NCBI RefSeq assembly: GCF_001458695.1
Contig: NZ_LN885086.1
Location: forward strand, 2,610,001-2,642,000
Length of the DNA: 32,000 nucleotides
Reading direction: 5' to 3'
Origin: Candidatus Nitrospira inopinata
GTDB taxonomy: Bacteria > Nitrospirota > Nitrospiria > Nitrospirales > Nitrospiraceae
Shown: in pieces, positions 9,615 to 17,330 of the stretch
How positions within the stretch are numbered: position 1 is the stretch's first letter
Layout of the letters: each line of letters starts with the position of its first letter
The notes under the pieces: generated by a model
What the model was told of the DNA's origin: nothing
What the model saw: only the letters and a program-made list of their open reading frames with translations
The model's database searches: none
Made by a program: the position numbers and the translations under genes

Positions 9615-9644
9615 TTGACGAGGCTGATTGCGATCAGGTAATGT
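9615..9644 (+). promoter_or_regulatory. Candidate promoter (TTGACG-18-TAATGT) with an inverted repeat CTGAT-n4-ATCAG inside the spacer
   Basis: TTGACG 9615-9620, TAATGT 9639-9644, about 85 nt upstream of the 9729 ATG. The spacer contains ctgattgcgatcag. Pattern match only. Confidence 0.3.
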
Positions 9645-9728
9645 CGCGCCTGGGCGTGAGAGGTCTTGGGAAGTTGGCGGGGGGTTGCTGAACAAATACC
9701 TTCTTAACTTTACTAAAGGAGGGACCCT

Positions 9729-10214
9729 ATGTTGGCCAGCCGATTGGTCCGACTCATTGAGCAACATTCGGAACAGTTGTCTCGTGAACTCAGCGAGAAG
9801 GTTTGGAATTCTCCTCGCTGCAGCGACCTGCATAAAGTCCCACCGGACGAATTACGAGCTCGCGCCAGCGAAATTTACCGCAATTTGAGTGACTGGCTGT
9901 TGGACAAACCGGAAACCGAGGTCGAAGAGCGGTACACGGAACTGGGCGCGCGCCGGGCAGGACAGGGGGTTGCCTTCAGCCACTTCCTATGGGCCATCAC
10001 CGAAACCAAAGCGCATATGTGCGCCTTTATTCAGCGCGAGGGCTTATCTGAAAGCGCGGTGGAGTTGCATGGAGAACTGGAGCTGATCTATCTCGTGAAC
10101 AAATTTTTCGACAGAGCGTTGTATTACGCCGCTGTCGGCTATGAGCGCGAACGCACTCGAATTGGAACCAATCTCAGACGACGGAAAGACGACGCTCAGA
10201 AGGTCTACCTGTAA
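9729..10214 (+). CDS. Hypothetical, apparently all-alpha, 161-aa protein (possibly a sensor-globin-like helical bundle; family not recognised)
   Basis: Strong SD (AAGGAGGG) 6 nt upstream of the ATG. Normal-looking composition, and the only non-shadow ORF in this interval. Confidence 0.6.
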   Translation: MLASRLVRLIEQHSEQLSRELSEKVWNSPRCSDLHKVPPDELRARASEIYRNLSDWLLDKPETEVEERYTELGARRAGQGVAFSHFLWAITETKAHMCAFIQREGLSESAVELHGELELIYLVNKFFDRALYYAAVGYERERTRIGTNLRRRKDDAQKVYL

Positions 10215-10235
10215 TGTTGTCGCCCCGGGAAGAAC

Positions 10236-10257
10236 GCGCGCGGGAGAACCCGCGCGC
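10236..10257 (+). terminator. GC-rich hairpin 22 nt after the stop of the 161-aa gene; possible intrinsic terminator
   Basis: 9-bp stem gcgcgcggg / cccgcgcgc with loop agaa, followed by a weak T-tract (ttgtct). Confidence 0.35.
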
Positions 10258-10279
10258 TTGTCTCCGGCAGCCGGTTTTG

Positions 10280-10309
10280 AACCATTGATACCGCTGATAC
10301 CGCATGGTT
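10280..10309. repeat. 6-bp inverted repeat (aaccat / atggtt) enclosing a perfect tandem 9-mer (tgataccgc x2)
   Basis: Read directly: aaccat tgataccgc tgataccgc atggtt. Intergenic, about 150 nt upstream of the GT2 gene. The repeat is certain; its function is unknown. Confidence 0.6.
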
Positions 10310-10456
10310 TGCCCCAAGCAAGTTGATTGTTCATAAGACGGCTGAAATACAGGAAGAGCCCTTTCGGCACCTGTCCTGCGGACTTCTTGATTTCCGACTT
10401 CCTCAATAATTCGTTTCTCTTCTTCAACGACGCGTGCGAGCACGGGTGGATCGAGC

Positions 10457-11182
10457 ATGGATCTCTCCATCATCATTCCGGCGTATAACGAAGAACGCCT
10501 CATCGAGCGATGTTTGGCGTCGGTCTTTGCCTCGCTGGCCCGTTGCGGCAAGCCGGATCTGGCGTCGGAGGTGCTGGTCGTCGACAATAACTCCACCGAC
10601 AGAACGGCACAGTTGGCAAGGGAGGTCGGGGCTCGCGTCGTCTTTGAGCCGATCAATCAAATCGGCCGGGCGCGCAACGCCGGCGCTGCCGTGGCGACCG
10701 GTGACTGGCTGCTTTTTCTGGATGCCGACAGCCTGATGAGCCCCGAATTGTTAGCCGATATCCTGATGACAATTGAACGAAACACCTGCGTCGGCTTGGG
10801 CAGCACGCTCTTGATGAAAGATCTGCCCTGGTGGGCGAACGGCATCTTCCATTTCTGGAGGAGCATGTCCATCGTGTGTCGCTGGGCCGCCGGCGCTCTC
10901 TTCGTGTGTCGTCGGGATGCCTTTTTTGACGTCGGAGGATTTCCCGAGGACATCTATGCGCTCGAGGAAATCCATCTTAGCAAGCGACTGAAGCAATGGG
11001 GCCGCCGGCGCAACCTTCAGTTTGTGATTTTAACGACTCATCCGCTCGAAACGTCGCCTCGGAAGGTGACGTTGTATTCAAAAACCGAGATCGCGAGACA
11101 GATCTTGCGCATTTTTTTGCGTCGGGGTCGAACGTTGCGGGATAAACGGCTTCTGTCCGTCTGGTACGACGGACGGCGCTGA
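10457..11182 (+). CDS. Family 2 glycosyltransferase
   Basis: MDLSIIIPAYNEERLIERCL.., VVDNNSTDRTAQLA, and the FLDAD (DxD) motif. Confidence 0.85.
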   Translation: MDLSIIIPAYNEERLIERCLASVFASLARCGKPDLASEVLVVDNNSTDRTAQLAREVGARVVFEPINQIGRARNAGAAVATGDWLLFLDADSLMSPELLADILMTIERNTCVGLGSTLLMKDLPWWANGIFHFWRSMSIVCRWAAGALFVCRRDAFFDVGGFPEDIYALEEIHLSKRLKQWGRRRNLQFVILTTHPLETSPRKVTLYSKTEIARQILRIFLRRGRTLRDKRLLSVWYDGRR

Positions 11183-11202
11183 CCGTCCGCCGGCCGGCTT
11201 CA

Positions 11203-11231
11203 TTGACTTCCCCGCGCCGCATTCATAGAAT
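11203..11231 (+). promoter_or_regulatory. Near-consensus sigma70 promoter TTGACT-17-TAGAAT placed so that transcription would begin at or next to the dnaE ATG
   Basis: TTGACT 11203-11208, 17-nt spacer, TAGAAT 11226-11231, ATG at 11239 (7 nt after the -10). No SD in the intervening ccggaac. Confidence 0.5.
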
Positions 11232-11238
11232 CCGGAAC

Positions 11239-14200
11239 ATGGCTTCGTCGTTCGTTCATCTTCACGTGCACACCCAATTCAGCCTCCTTGACGGCGCCAA
11301 CCAGATCGATCCCCTGGTTCGGCAAGTTCGGGCGTTCGGCCAGCCGGCCATTGCGATCACCGATCACGGCAATATGTTCGGCGCCGTGGAATTTTATCGA
11401 AAAGCCAAAGACGCCGGTGTCAAACCCATCATCGGGTGCGAGGCCTACATGGCCATGGGAAGCCGTCACGCCAAAAAAGACAGCGGCCTGGCCCATAACG
11501 ACTATTACCATCTTATTCTCTTGGCTAGGAACGTGACCGGCTATCAGAATTTAATCAAACTCATCAGTAAAGGATATCTTGAAGGTTTCTACTATAAACC
11601 AAGAATAGATAAGGAACTTCTTAGGGCTCATCATGATGGAATCATCGCCCTCTCCGGCTGTTTGAGCGGTGAAATTCCCTATTTGATCAGCCGAAATGAT
11701 ATGGCCGGTGCCATGGCGGCGGCGGCCGAATTTCAAGAAATTTTTGGGAAAGACCAGTTTTACCTCGAGGTTCAGGCCAACGGCCTCGATCACCAACGTG
11801 TCGCCAACGCCGGCCTGATGGAAATCCATAAGAAATTGGGGATTCCTCTGGCCGGGACCAACGATTGCCACTATCTGAAAAAGGAAGACGCCAGGCCTCA
11901 CGAGTTGATGCTGTGCCTGCAAACCGGAAAAACGCTCAGCGATCCGTCTAGGATGAAGTTCGATACGGATCAACTCTACGTCAAGTCGACGGAAGAAATC
12001 GCCCCGGCTTTTGCGGAATTTCCCGGAGCGGTGAGCAACACCTGTCGTATCGCCGATGCCTGCGAGTTGGAATTGGCCCTCAACAGGACGTACCTGCCCC
12101 AGTACACGGTGCCGGAGGGGTTCAAAGACCGTGAAGCGTATCTGGAACACCTTGCGCTGGCCGGGCTGAGGGAACGTCTCCAGGAGCGACCACGGACCAG
12201 ACCGGCCGCCGCTTATGAGCTGCGGCTTCGCGAAGAGTTGATGGTCATCTGTTCGATGGGGTTTGCCGGATATTTTTTGATCGTATGGGACATCATTCGC
12301 TTCGCGCGCTCGCGACATATTCCCGTGGGACCGGGCCGCGGGTCCGCAGCCGGCAGCCTTGTTGCGTATGCCCTGCGCATTACCGATCTTGATCCTCTGG
12401 AGTACGCCCTCCTGTTTGAGCGGTTTCTCAATCCCGAACGGATATCTCTGCCCGACATCGACATGGATTTTTGTATGGAACGCCGCGGGGAGGTCATCAA
12501 CTACGTCGTTGAGAAATACGGTTCCGACCATGTCGCGCAAATCATCACGTTCGGAACGCTCGGCGCGAAAGCCGCCATTCGCGACGTCGGCCGCGTGCTG
12601 GAAATGCCCTATGCCGAAGCGGACAAAGTCGCGAAATTAGTGCCCAACCAACTCAATATCACCTTGCAAGAAGCGTTGGACCTTGAACCGCGGTTGCGCG
12701 AGCTGGTCCAGACCGACGCGAAGGTCTCGGAGCTGATGAACATCGCTCAGTCGCTGGAAGGTCTCGCGCGGCACGCTTCAACCCATGCGGCCGGCGTGGT
12801 GATCTCCGAAGGCCCGCTCACGGACTACGTTCCGCTCTATAAAGGAGCCAACGATGAAATCGTCACCCAATATTCGATGGGCGACATTGAAAAGATCGGA
12901 TTGGTCAAGTTTGATTTCCTCGGTTTGAAAACGCTGACGATGATCCGGCGGGCGGAGACCTTGATCAATGAGAAACGGCCGGATATCGCTCCCTTGCGAA
13001 TTGATCGGATTCCGTTCGACGATGAGAAGACCTTTGCGCTGCTTTCCTCCGGGAAGACGACCGGCGTGTTCCAGCTTGAAAGTTCCGGAATGCGAGACCT
13101 CCTGATGGGGTTTCGACCGGACCGGTTCGAAGACATCATCGCGATCATTGCGTTGTATCGCCCGGGCCCGATGGATCTTATTCCGGACTTCATCAAGCGC
13201 AAGCAAGGCAAGGTTCCCATCACGTACGAAACCCCGGAATTGGAGCCGATCCTCAAGGAGACCTACGGCGTCATCGTCTATCAGGAACAAGTCATGGCGA
13301 TCGCCAACAAAGTAGCTGGGTTTTCGCTGGGGCAAGCCGACATTCTCCGGCGCGCCATGGGAAAAAAGAAACCGGAAGAAATGGAAAAGCTCCGCGCTAA
13401 GTTCCTCGAAGGCGCGATGAAAAACAAGATCCCTGACAAGAAAGCCGAGCGGCTCTATGAGTTGATTCAGAAGTTCGCCGGATACGGCTTCAATAAGTCC
13501 CACGCCGCCGCGTATGCGGTCCTGTGCTATCAGACCGCGTATTTGAAAGCCCACTACCCCACCGAATTCATGGCGGCCCTGATGACGACCGATATGGGCA
13601 ACACGGACAAAATCATGGGGTACTTTACCGAATGCCGCGATCTCGGCATTAAGGTCCTCGGGCCGGACATCAACGTGAGCGGAAAGAATTTCACCGTCGT
13701 GGACGGCGCGATTCGCTTCGGATTGGCGGCGATCAAGAACGTGGGAGAAAGCGCGGTTGAATCGATCGTGGACATCCGCAACCGGACCGGCCCCTTTTCA
13801 TCGCTCTTCGATTTTTGTCGGCGAGTCGATCTCCGGAAAGTCAACAAACGGATGCTGGAAGGATTGATTAAAGCCGGGGCTTTTGATTCGACCGGCGCGA
13901 AACGGGCTCAACTGATGGTCGCGCTTGATCAGGCTGTTGAGTGCGGCGCCGCCGCTCAACGAGAACGGGATCTCGGCCAAATCAACATCTTTGACGAAGA
14001 GACATCCGGACATCTTGCATCGGGCGATCCGAACGCACCGCAATTGCCGTCGGTGCCGGAATGGGACCATGCTCAACGACTGAAGTACGAGCGAGAATTG
14101 ACGGGGTTTTACATTTCAGCCCATCCCTTGAGTCGATACGAAACGACCATCGGCGTCTTGGCGACGGCGACGACGGCCGGCCTCGCCGACGTCTCGGACG

Positions 14201-14703
14201 GGAAGGAGGTCAAGCTCTGTGGCATTATCGTCACGGTGAAGCCCACGCTCACCAAGAAGGGCGATAGGATGGCGTATTTGACCGTGGAGGATCTTCACGG
14301 CACGGCCGAAGTCATCGTGTTTCCGGATGTGTACAAGACCGTTCAAGAGTGGATTGCTCCCGAGGGGCTGATTCGGGTCACCGGCATCATCGACCGTGGG
14401 GATAAGGGCACGAAGCTCCGCGCCGCCAAAATCGAACCGTTGGCTGAAGTTCAAAAGCGGGCGGTCAAACAGGTCCGCATCCGCCTTTCCGACCGACCCG
14501 AGGCGTTGGATCAACTTCTTCGCCTTCGTGAAGTCTTTCAACGGCATCCCGGCGAGGCCGCAGTCTCGTTGTCGTTGCAAATGGATGCGGCGTTGGAGGC
14601 TGAAACGGCGCCGTTGCCTAACTTGACCGTGGCTCCCAGCGAGCATTTTGTGTCCGACATCGAAGAAGTGCTAGGCAAAGGGGCTCTTTCTTTGCTATCT
14701 TGA
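11239..14703 (+). CDS. dnaE: DNA polymerase III alpha subunit
   Basis: PHP-domain start MASSFVHLHVHTQFSLLDGA; ..GRGSAAGSLVAYAL.ITD.DP; ..FNKSHAAAYA..; C-terminal OB-fold region. The track start at 11203 is a TTG that coincides with the -35 hexamer. Confidence 0.97.
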   Translation: MASSFVHLHVHTQFSLLDGANQIDPLVRQVRAFGQPAIAITDHGNMFGAVEFYRKAKDAGVKPIIGCEAYMAMGSRHAKKDSGLAHNDYYHLILLARNVTGYQNLIKLISKGYLEGFYYKPRIDKELLRAHHDGIIALSGCLSGEIPYLISRNDMAGAMAAAAEFQEIFGKDQFYLEVQANGLDHQRVANAGLMEIHKKLGIPLAGTNDCHYLKKEDARPHELMLCLQTGKTLSDPSRMKFDTDQLYVKSTEEIAPAFAEFPGAVSNTCRIADACELELALNRTYLPQYTVPEGFKDREAYLEHLALAGLRERLQERPRTRPAAAYELRLREELMVICSMGFAGYFLIVWDIIRFARSRHIPVGPGRGSAAGSLVAYALRITDLDPLEYALLFERFLNPERISLPDIDMDFCMERRGEVINYVVEKYGSDHVAQIITFGTLGAKAAIRDVGRVLEMPYAEADKVAKLVPNQLNITLQEALDLEPRLRELVQTDAKVSELMNIAQSLEGLARHASTHAAGVVISEGPLTDYVPLYKGANDEIVTQYSMGDIEKIGLVKFDFLGLKTLTMIRRAETLINEKRPDIAPLRIDRIPFDDEKTFALLSSGKTTGVFQLESSGMRDLLMGFRPDRFEDIIAIIALYRPGPMDLIPDFIKRKQGKVPITYETPELEPILKETYGVIVYQEQVMAIANKVAGFSLGQADILRRAMGKKKPEEMEKLRAKFLEGAMKNKIPDKKAERLYELIQKFAGYGFNKSHAAAYAVLCYQTAYLKAHYPTEFMAALMTTDMGNTDKIMGYFTECRDLGIKVLGPDINVSGKNFTVVDGAIRFGLAAIKNVGESAVESIVDIRNRTGPFSSLFDFCRRVDLRKVNKRMLEGLIKAGAFDSTGAKRAQLMVALDQAVECGAAAQRERDLGQINIFDEETSGHLASGDPNAPQLPSVPEWDHAQRLKYERELTGFYISAHPLSRYETTIGVLATATTAGLADVSDGKEVKLCGIIVTVKPTLTKKGDRMAYLTVEDLHGTAEVIVFPDVYKTVQEWIAPEGLIRVTGIIDRGDKGTKLRAAKIEPLAEVQKRAVKQVRIRLSDRPEALDQLLRLREVFQRHPGEAAVSLSLQMDAALEAETAPLPNLTVAPSEHFVSDIEEVLGKGALSLLS

Positions 14704-14771
14704 CGGACTTGTAACACAAACCATCGCGGAGTGATGGTTCTCCGCGCATCTCATCGGAAGAGACAGAGCCT

Positions 14772-15737
14772 ATGCGCGATTATCTGGATTTTGAACAGCC
14801 CATTCGTGAAGTCGAGGAAAAGATCGAGAAACTGTCGGCTGCCGCGGCAGGCGGCAAGACGGCGGCTCAAGGGGAAATCCGAAAGCTCCGCGCCAAGCTG
14901 GCCCAGCTTGAGCACGAACTCTACCAGAACCTGACTCCCTGGCAGCGCACTCAGTTGGCCCGCCATCCTCAGAGACCCAGCACTCTCGATTACATCAACG
15001 AATTGACCCGCGATTTTCTGGAGCTTCACGGGGACCGTGCCTTTGGAGACGATCAAGCCATCGTCGGAGGGTTCGCGCGATTCAACGACCGAACCGTGAT
15101 GGTGATCGGACATCAGAAGGGCAAAACACTTAAGGAACGGATGCAGCGCAACTTCGGCATGCCAAATCCGGAAGGCTACCGCAAGGCTCTTCGATTGATG
15201 CGTCTGGCGGAAAAGTTCAATCGCCCCATCATTTCCTTTATCGACACACCCGGGGCTTACCCCGGCATCGGAGCCGAAGAGCGAGGACAGGCTGAAGCAA
15301 TTGCACGGAATTTGCTGGTGATGTCCAGGCTTCAGGTTCCAATCGTGTCGGTCGTCATCGGCGAAGGGGGAAGCGGCGGAGCCCTGGCATTGGGGGTTTC
15401 GGATCGTATTTTGATGTTGGAACACGCCGTCTATTCCGTCATTTCACCGGAAGGCTGCGCGGCCATTCTTTGGGACAATCCCGCCAAAGTTCAGGATGCC
15501 GCCGCCGCGTTGAAAATGACCGCCAAAGACCTCCTTCGTCTCGGCGTGATCGATGATATCGTTTCCGAACCCGTGGGCGGCGCGCATCGCGAGCCCAAAA
15601 CCACCTGTACGTTGGTCGGCAAAGCCATCACCAATCAACTGTTTGATTTGATCGATCTTCCCATCGCAGACCTCCTTGCCCGTCGAGAAGAAAAGTATCG
15701 GCGAATCGGCGCGGTGTGCGGTGGAGTGCCTGCCTAG
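14772..15737 (+). CDS. accA: Acetyl-CoA carboxylase carboxyltransferase alpha subunit
   Basis: MRDYLDFEQPI.E.E.KIE.L.., ..ARHPQRPSTLDYI.., ..FIDTPGAYPGIGAEERGQAEAIARNL.., 321 aa. Confidence 0.95.
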   Translation: MRDYLDFEQPIREVEEKIEKLSAAAAGGKTAAQGEIRKLRAKLAQLEHELYQNLTPWQRTQLARHPQRPSTLDYINELTRDFLELHGDRAFGDDQAIVGGFARFNDRTVMVIGHQKGKTLKERMQRNFGMPNPEGYRKALRLMRLAEKFNRPIISFIDTPGAYPGIGAEERGQAEAIARNLLVMSRLQVPIVSVVIGEGGSGGALALGVSDRILMLEHAVYSVISPEGCAAILWDNPAKVQDAAAALKMTAKDLLRLGVIDDIVSEPVGGAHREPKTTCTLVGKAITNQLFDLIDLPIADLLARREEKYRRIGAVCGGVPA

Positions 15738-15744
15738 CGCCGTT

Positions 15745-16446
15745 TCACGGCGAGCAACCGGACGTCGGCTCTCGCATCAACCCGACACGAATGAATCGGC
15801 CTTCGATGGCGCGTGTGATTCTGTGGGTCAGTTCAGGCCGAAACGGCCCAAAAGTCTCATGTTCCAGATAGCGATCGAGCGTCCGCGGCAATTTTCTCCG
15901 CCAAGCACGGGCGGATCGTCGCGCTTGCTCCGCCGCGTCGGAATCTCCTGAGAGAATGCGTCCGATCTCCCGCTCAAAGAAGCCGACATGTCTGCGTTCG
16001 TCGTCGAGAATCGAGGAGAGATCCGGACGAATATCGGCGAGAAGTTTGGCAAACTCGAGCCCCAGCGTCTCGTACCCATAGAGATGGACGGCCAACGTCT
16101 CCCACTGTCGAGGCATGGAGGGAAGACGATCGCGCTCATGCGACTGCCGTCCAAGCAGCGACTCAAACTGCGCGAGGTGGTCTCGTTCGTCCGCTTCGTG
16201 CCGTTGAAGAAACGCTCTGACGTTGACCGGCAGGTCTTGCGATTGCGCCGACCGTACGGCCCAGAGCGCCATGGCTTCGGCTTTAAGAAACCGCTCCAAC
16301 AACGCCTGCTCGCAGAGCCGAGGCAATCGAAACGGTTCCGTTGAAGAATGAGGCGGCATGATGAGACCCGGCTTATGGTACGAAAATCCCGTTCCCACTT
16401 CCAGGCCATCTTTCTTGTCCGAGCCCCCGTTCACGGGCGATTCCAC
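15745..16446 (-). CDS. Ferritin-like di-iron-carboxylate family protein (two ExxH motifs), function unknown
   Basis: The four-helix ligand pattern E..(ADERDH)..E..(DDERRH) is visible in ..LKAEAMAL..RHEADERDHLAQF..YGYETLGLEF..LDDERRHVGFFE... The start is uncertain: GTG 16446 (AGAAGGG upstream) or ATG 16359. Confidence 0.6.
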   Translation of the reverse strand: MESPVNGGSDKKDGLEVGTGFSYHKPGLIMPPHSSTEPFRLPRLCEQALLERFLKAEAMALWAVRSAQSQDLPVNVRAFLQRHEADERDHLAQFESLLGRQSHERDRLPSMPRQWETLAVHLYGYETLGLEFAKLLADIRPDLSSILDDERRHVGFFEREIGRILSGDSDAAEQARRSARAWRRKLPRTLDRYLEHETFGPFRPELTHRITRAIEGRFIRVGLMREPTSGCSP

Positions 16447-16613
16447 GATACCGGCCCTTCTTTGCTCTTGATGCTATTGCCAGAGCCGTCCACTTTTGAG
16501 AGACTACGCCGACGAAGTCTCGGACCGTCGAGCGGTTTCGCCGCTTGCGTGGCACGGTGGTCCTTCACCAAGGATGGCCCGCGATGAATCACATACGGAT
16601 ATGGAGCAGGGGC

Positions 16614-17330
16614 ATGGAGTCCGGTCCTTATTGGAATCGTGCGTTTCATCTGCTCGGTTTCTGCATGCTGGCCGTCACCTTGCTGACCGAAACGGGGTGC
16701 GTCAGCCAACGCGCCTACGAACGGATAAGGGCCGAGACCGACGAAATGTCTCGATCTTTAATCACGGTTCGCGAGGAAGTCGCGGTGTTGCATCAGTCCA
16801 TCTCGTCATTGGAGGCGGCCAACAGGGAGGAAGAGCGTGCGGCGGAGGAATTGCGAGCGGCCGTCCAACGGGAGGTCGAACTGCTGCCGATCCTGAGACA
16901 GCAGGCTCATGAACGGATGGCATTGCTACAGATGCAGATCGCGACCTTGGCCGGCCAAAGTCGGATGTTGGCGAAACAAGTCGCCGTCGCCAGACGAGAG
17001 AGCAACTCTCTCAAAGTTCTCGTCGCTCAATATAAACGGGAAATGGAAGAAGCCCGCACGTTGCTCGAAGCCCCCCCCTCTCCGGCAACACCCGAAACAC
17101 CGGCCTTGAGTGAATCCGTCGAAGACGCATCATCTTCCATGGAGTCCGTTCCCCCTCCCGTCACGATACCGCAGCAAGTGGCTCAGACTGCTCCGATCGC
17201 GTCGGTGAAACAGCCGCCTCCGCCTGATCCTCCTCAGACACCGGCTCAAACGGGTCCTGAGTCCTGGATCGACGTGATGATGAACTGGCTCTCCAGCATT
17301 TGGAATTGGATACTTGGACTTTTTGGCTAG
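16614..17330 (+). CDS. Coiled-coil lipoprotein with a Pro-rich linker and a Trp-rich hydrophobic C-terminal helix
   Basis: Lipobox LTETGC after a hydrophobic segment. Long heptad-like region (..EEVAVLHQSISSLEAANREEERAAEELRAAVQRE..), Pro-rich stretch, C-terminus SWIDVMMNWLSSIWNWILGLFG. Alternative starts at 16584 or 16545. Confidence 0.65.
   Translation: MESGPYWNRAFHLLGFCMLAVTLLTETGCVSQRAYERIRAETDEMSRSLITVREEVAVLHQSISSLEAANREEERAAEELRAAVQREVELLPILRQQAHERMALLQMQIATLAGQSRMLAKQVAVARRESNSLKVLVAQYKREMEEARTLLEAPPSPATPETPALSESVEDASSSMESVPPPVTIPQQVAQTAPIASVKQPPPPDPPQTPAQTGPESWIDVMMNWLSSIWNWILGLFG

Noticed and set aside
9729-10214. Assignment of the 161-aa protein to the RsbRD N-terminal domain family
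   Set aside because: The signature residues I remember for that domain (FaNPvG, AVQDF.PS) are absent, so it is left as hypothetical.
10044-10427. 127-aa minus-strand ORF partly in the 10215-10456 spacer
   Set aside because: It overlaps the 3' end of the 161-aa gene by about 170 nt, has no SD, and has a low-complexity composition.
11551-13554. 329-aa and 258-aa minus-strand ORFs inside dnaE. Similar ORFs at 14751-15425, 17300-18058, 19119-19811, 20507-21190, 23398-24081 and 30335-30922.
   Set aside because: All are antisense to confidently identified genes and have no motifs. I treat them as shadow ORFs.
14725-14746. Hairpin cgcggag-n8-ctccgcg between dnaE and accA
   Set aside because: It has only a 7-bp stem, no T-tract, and lies 25 nt before the accA start. 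That is too weak to call a terminator or attenuator.
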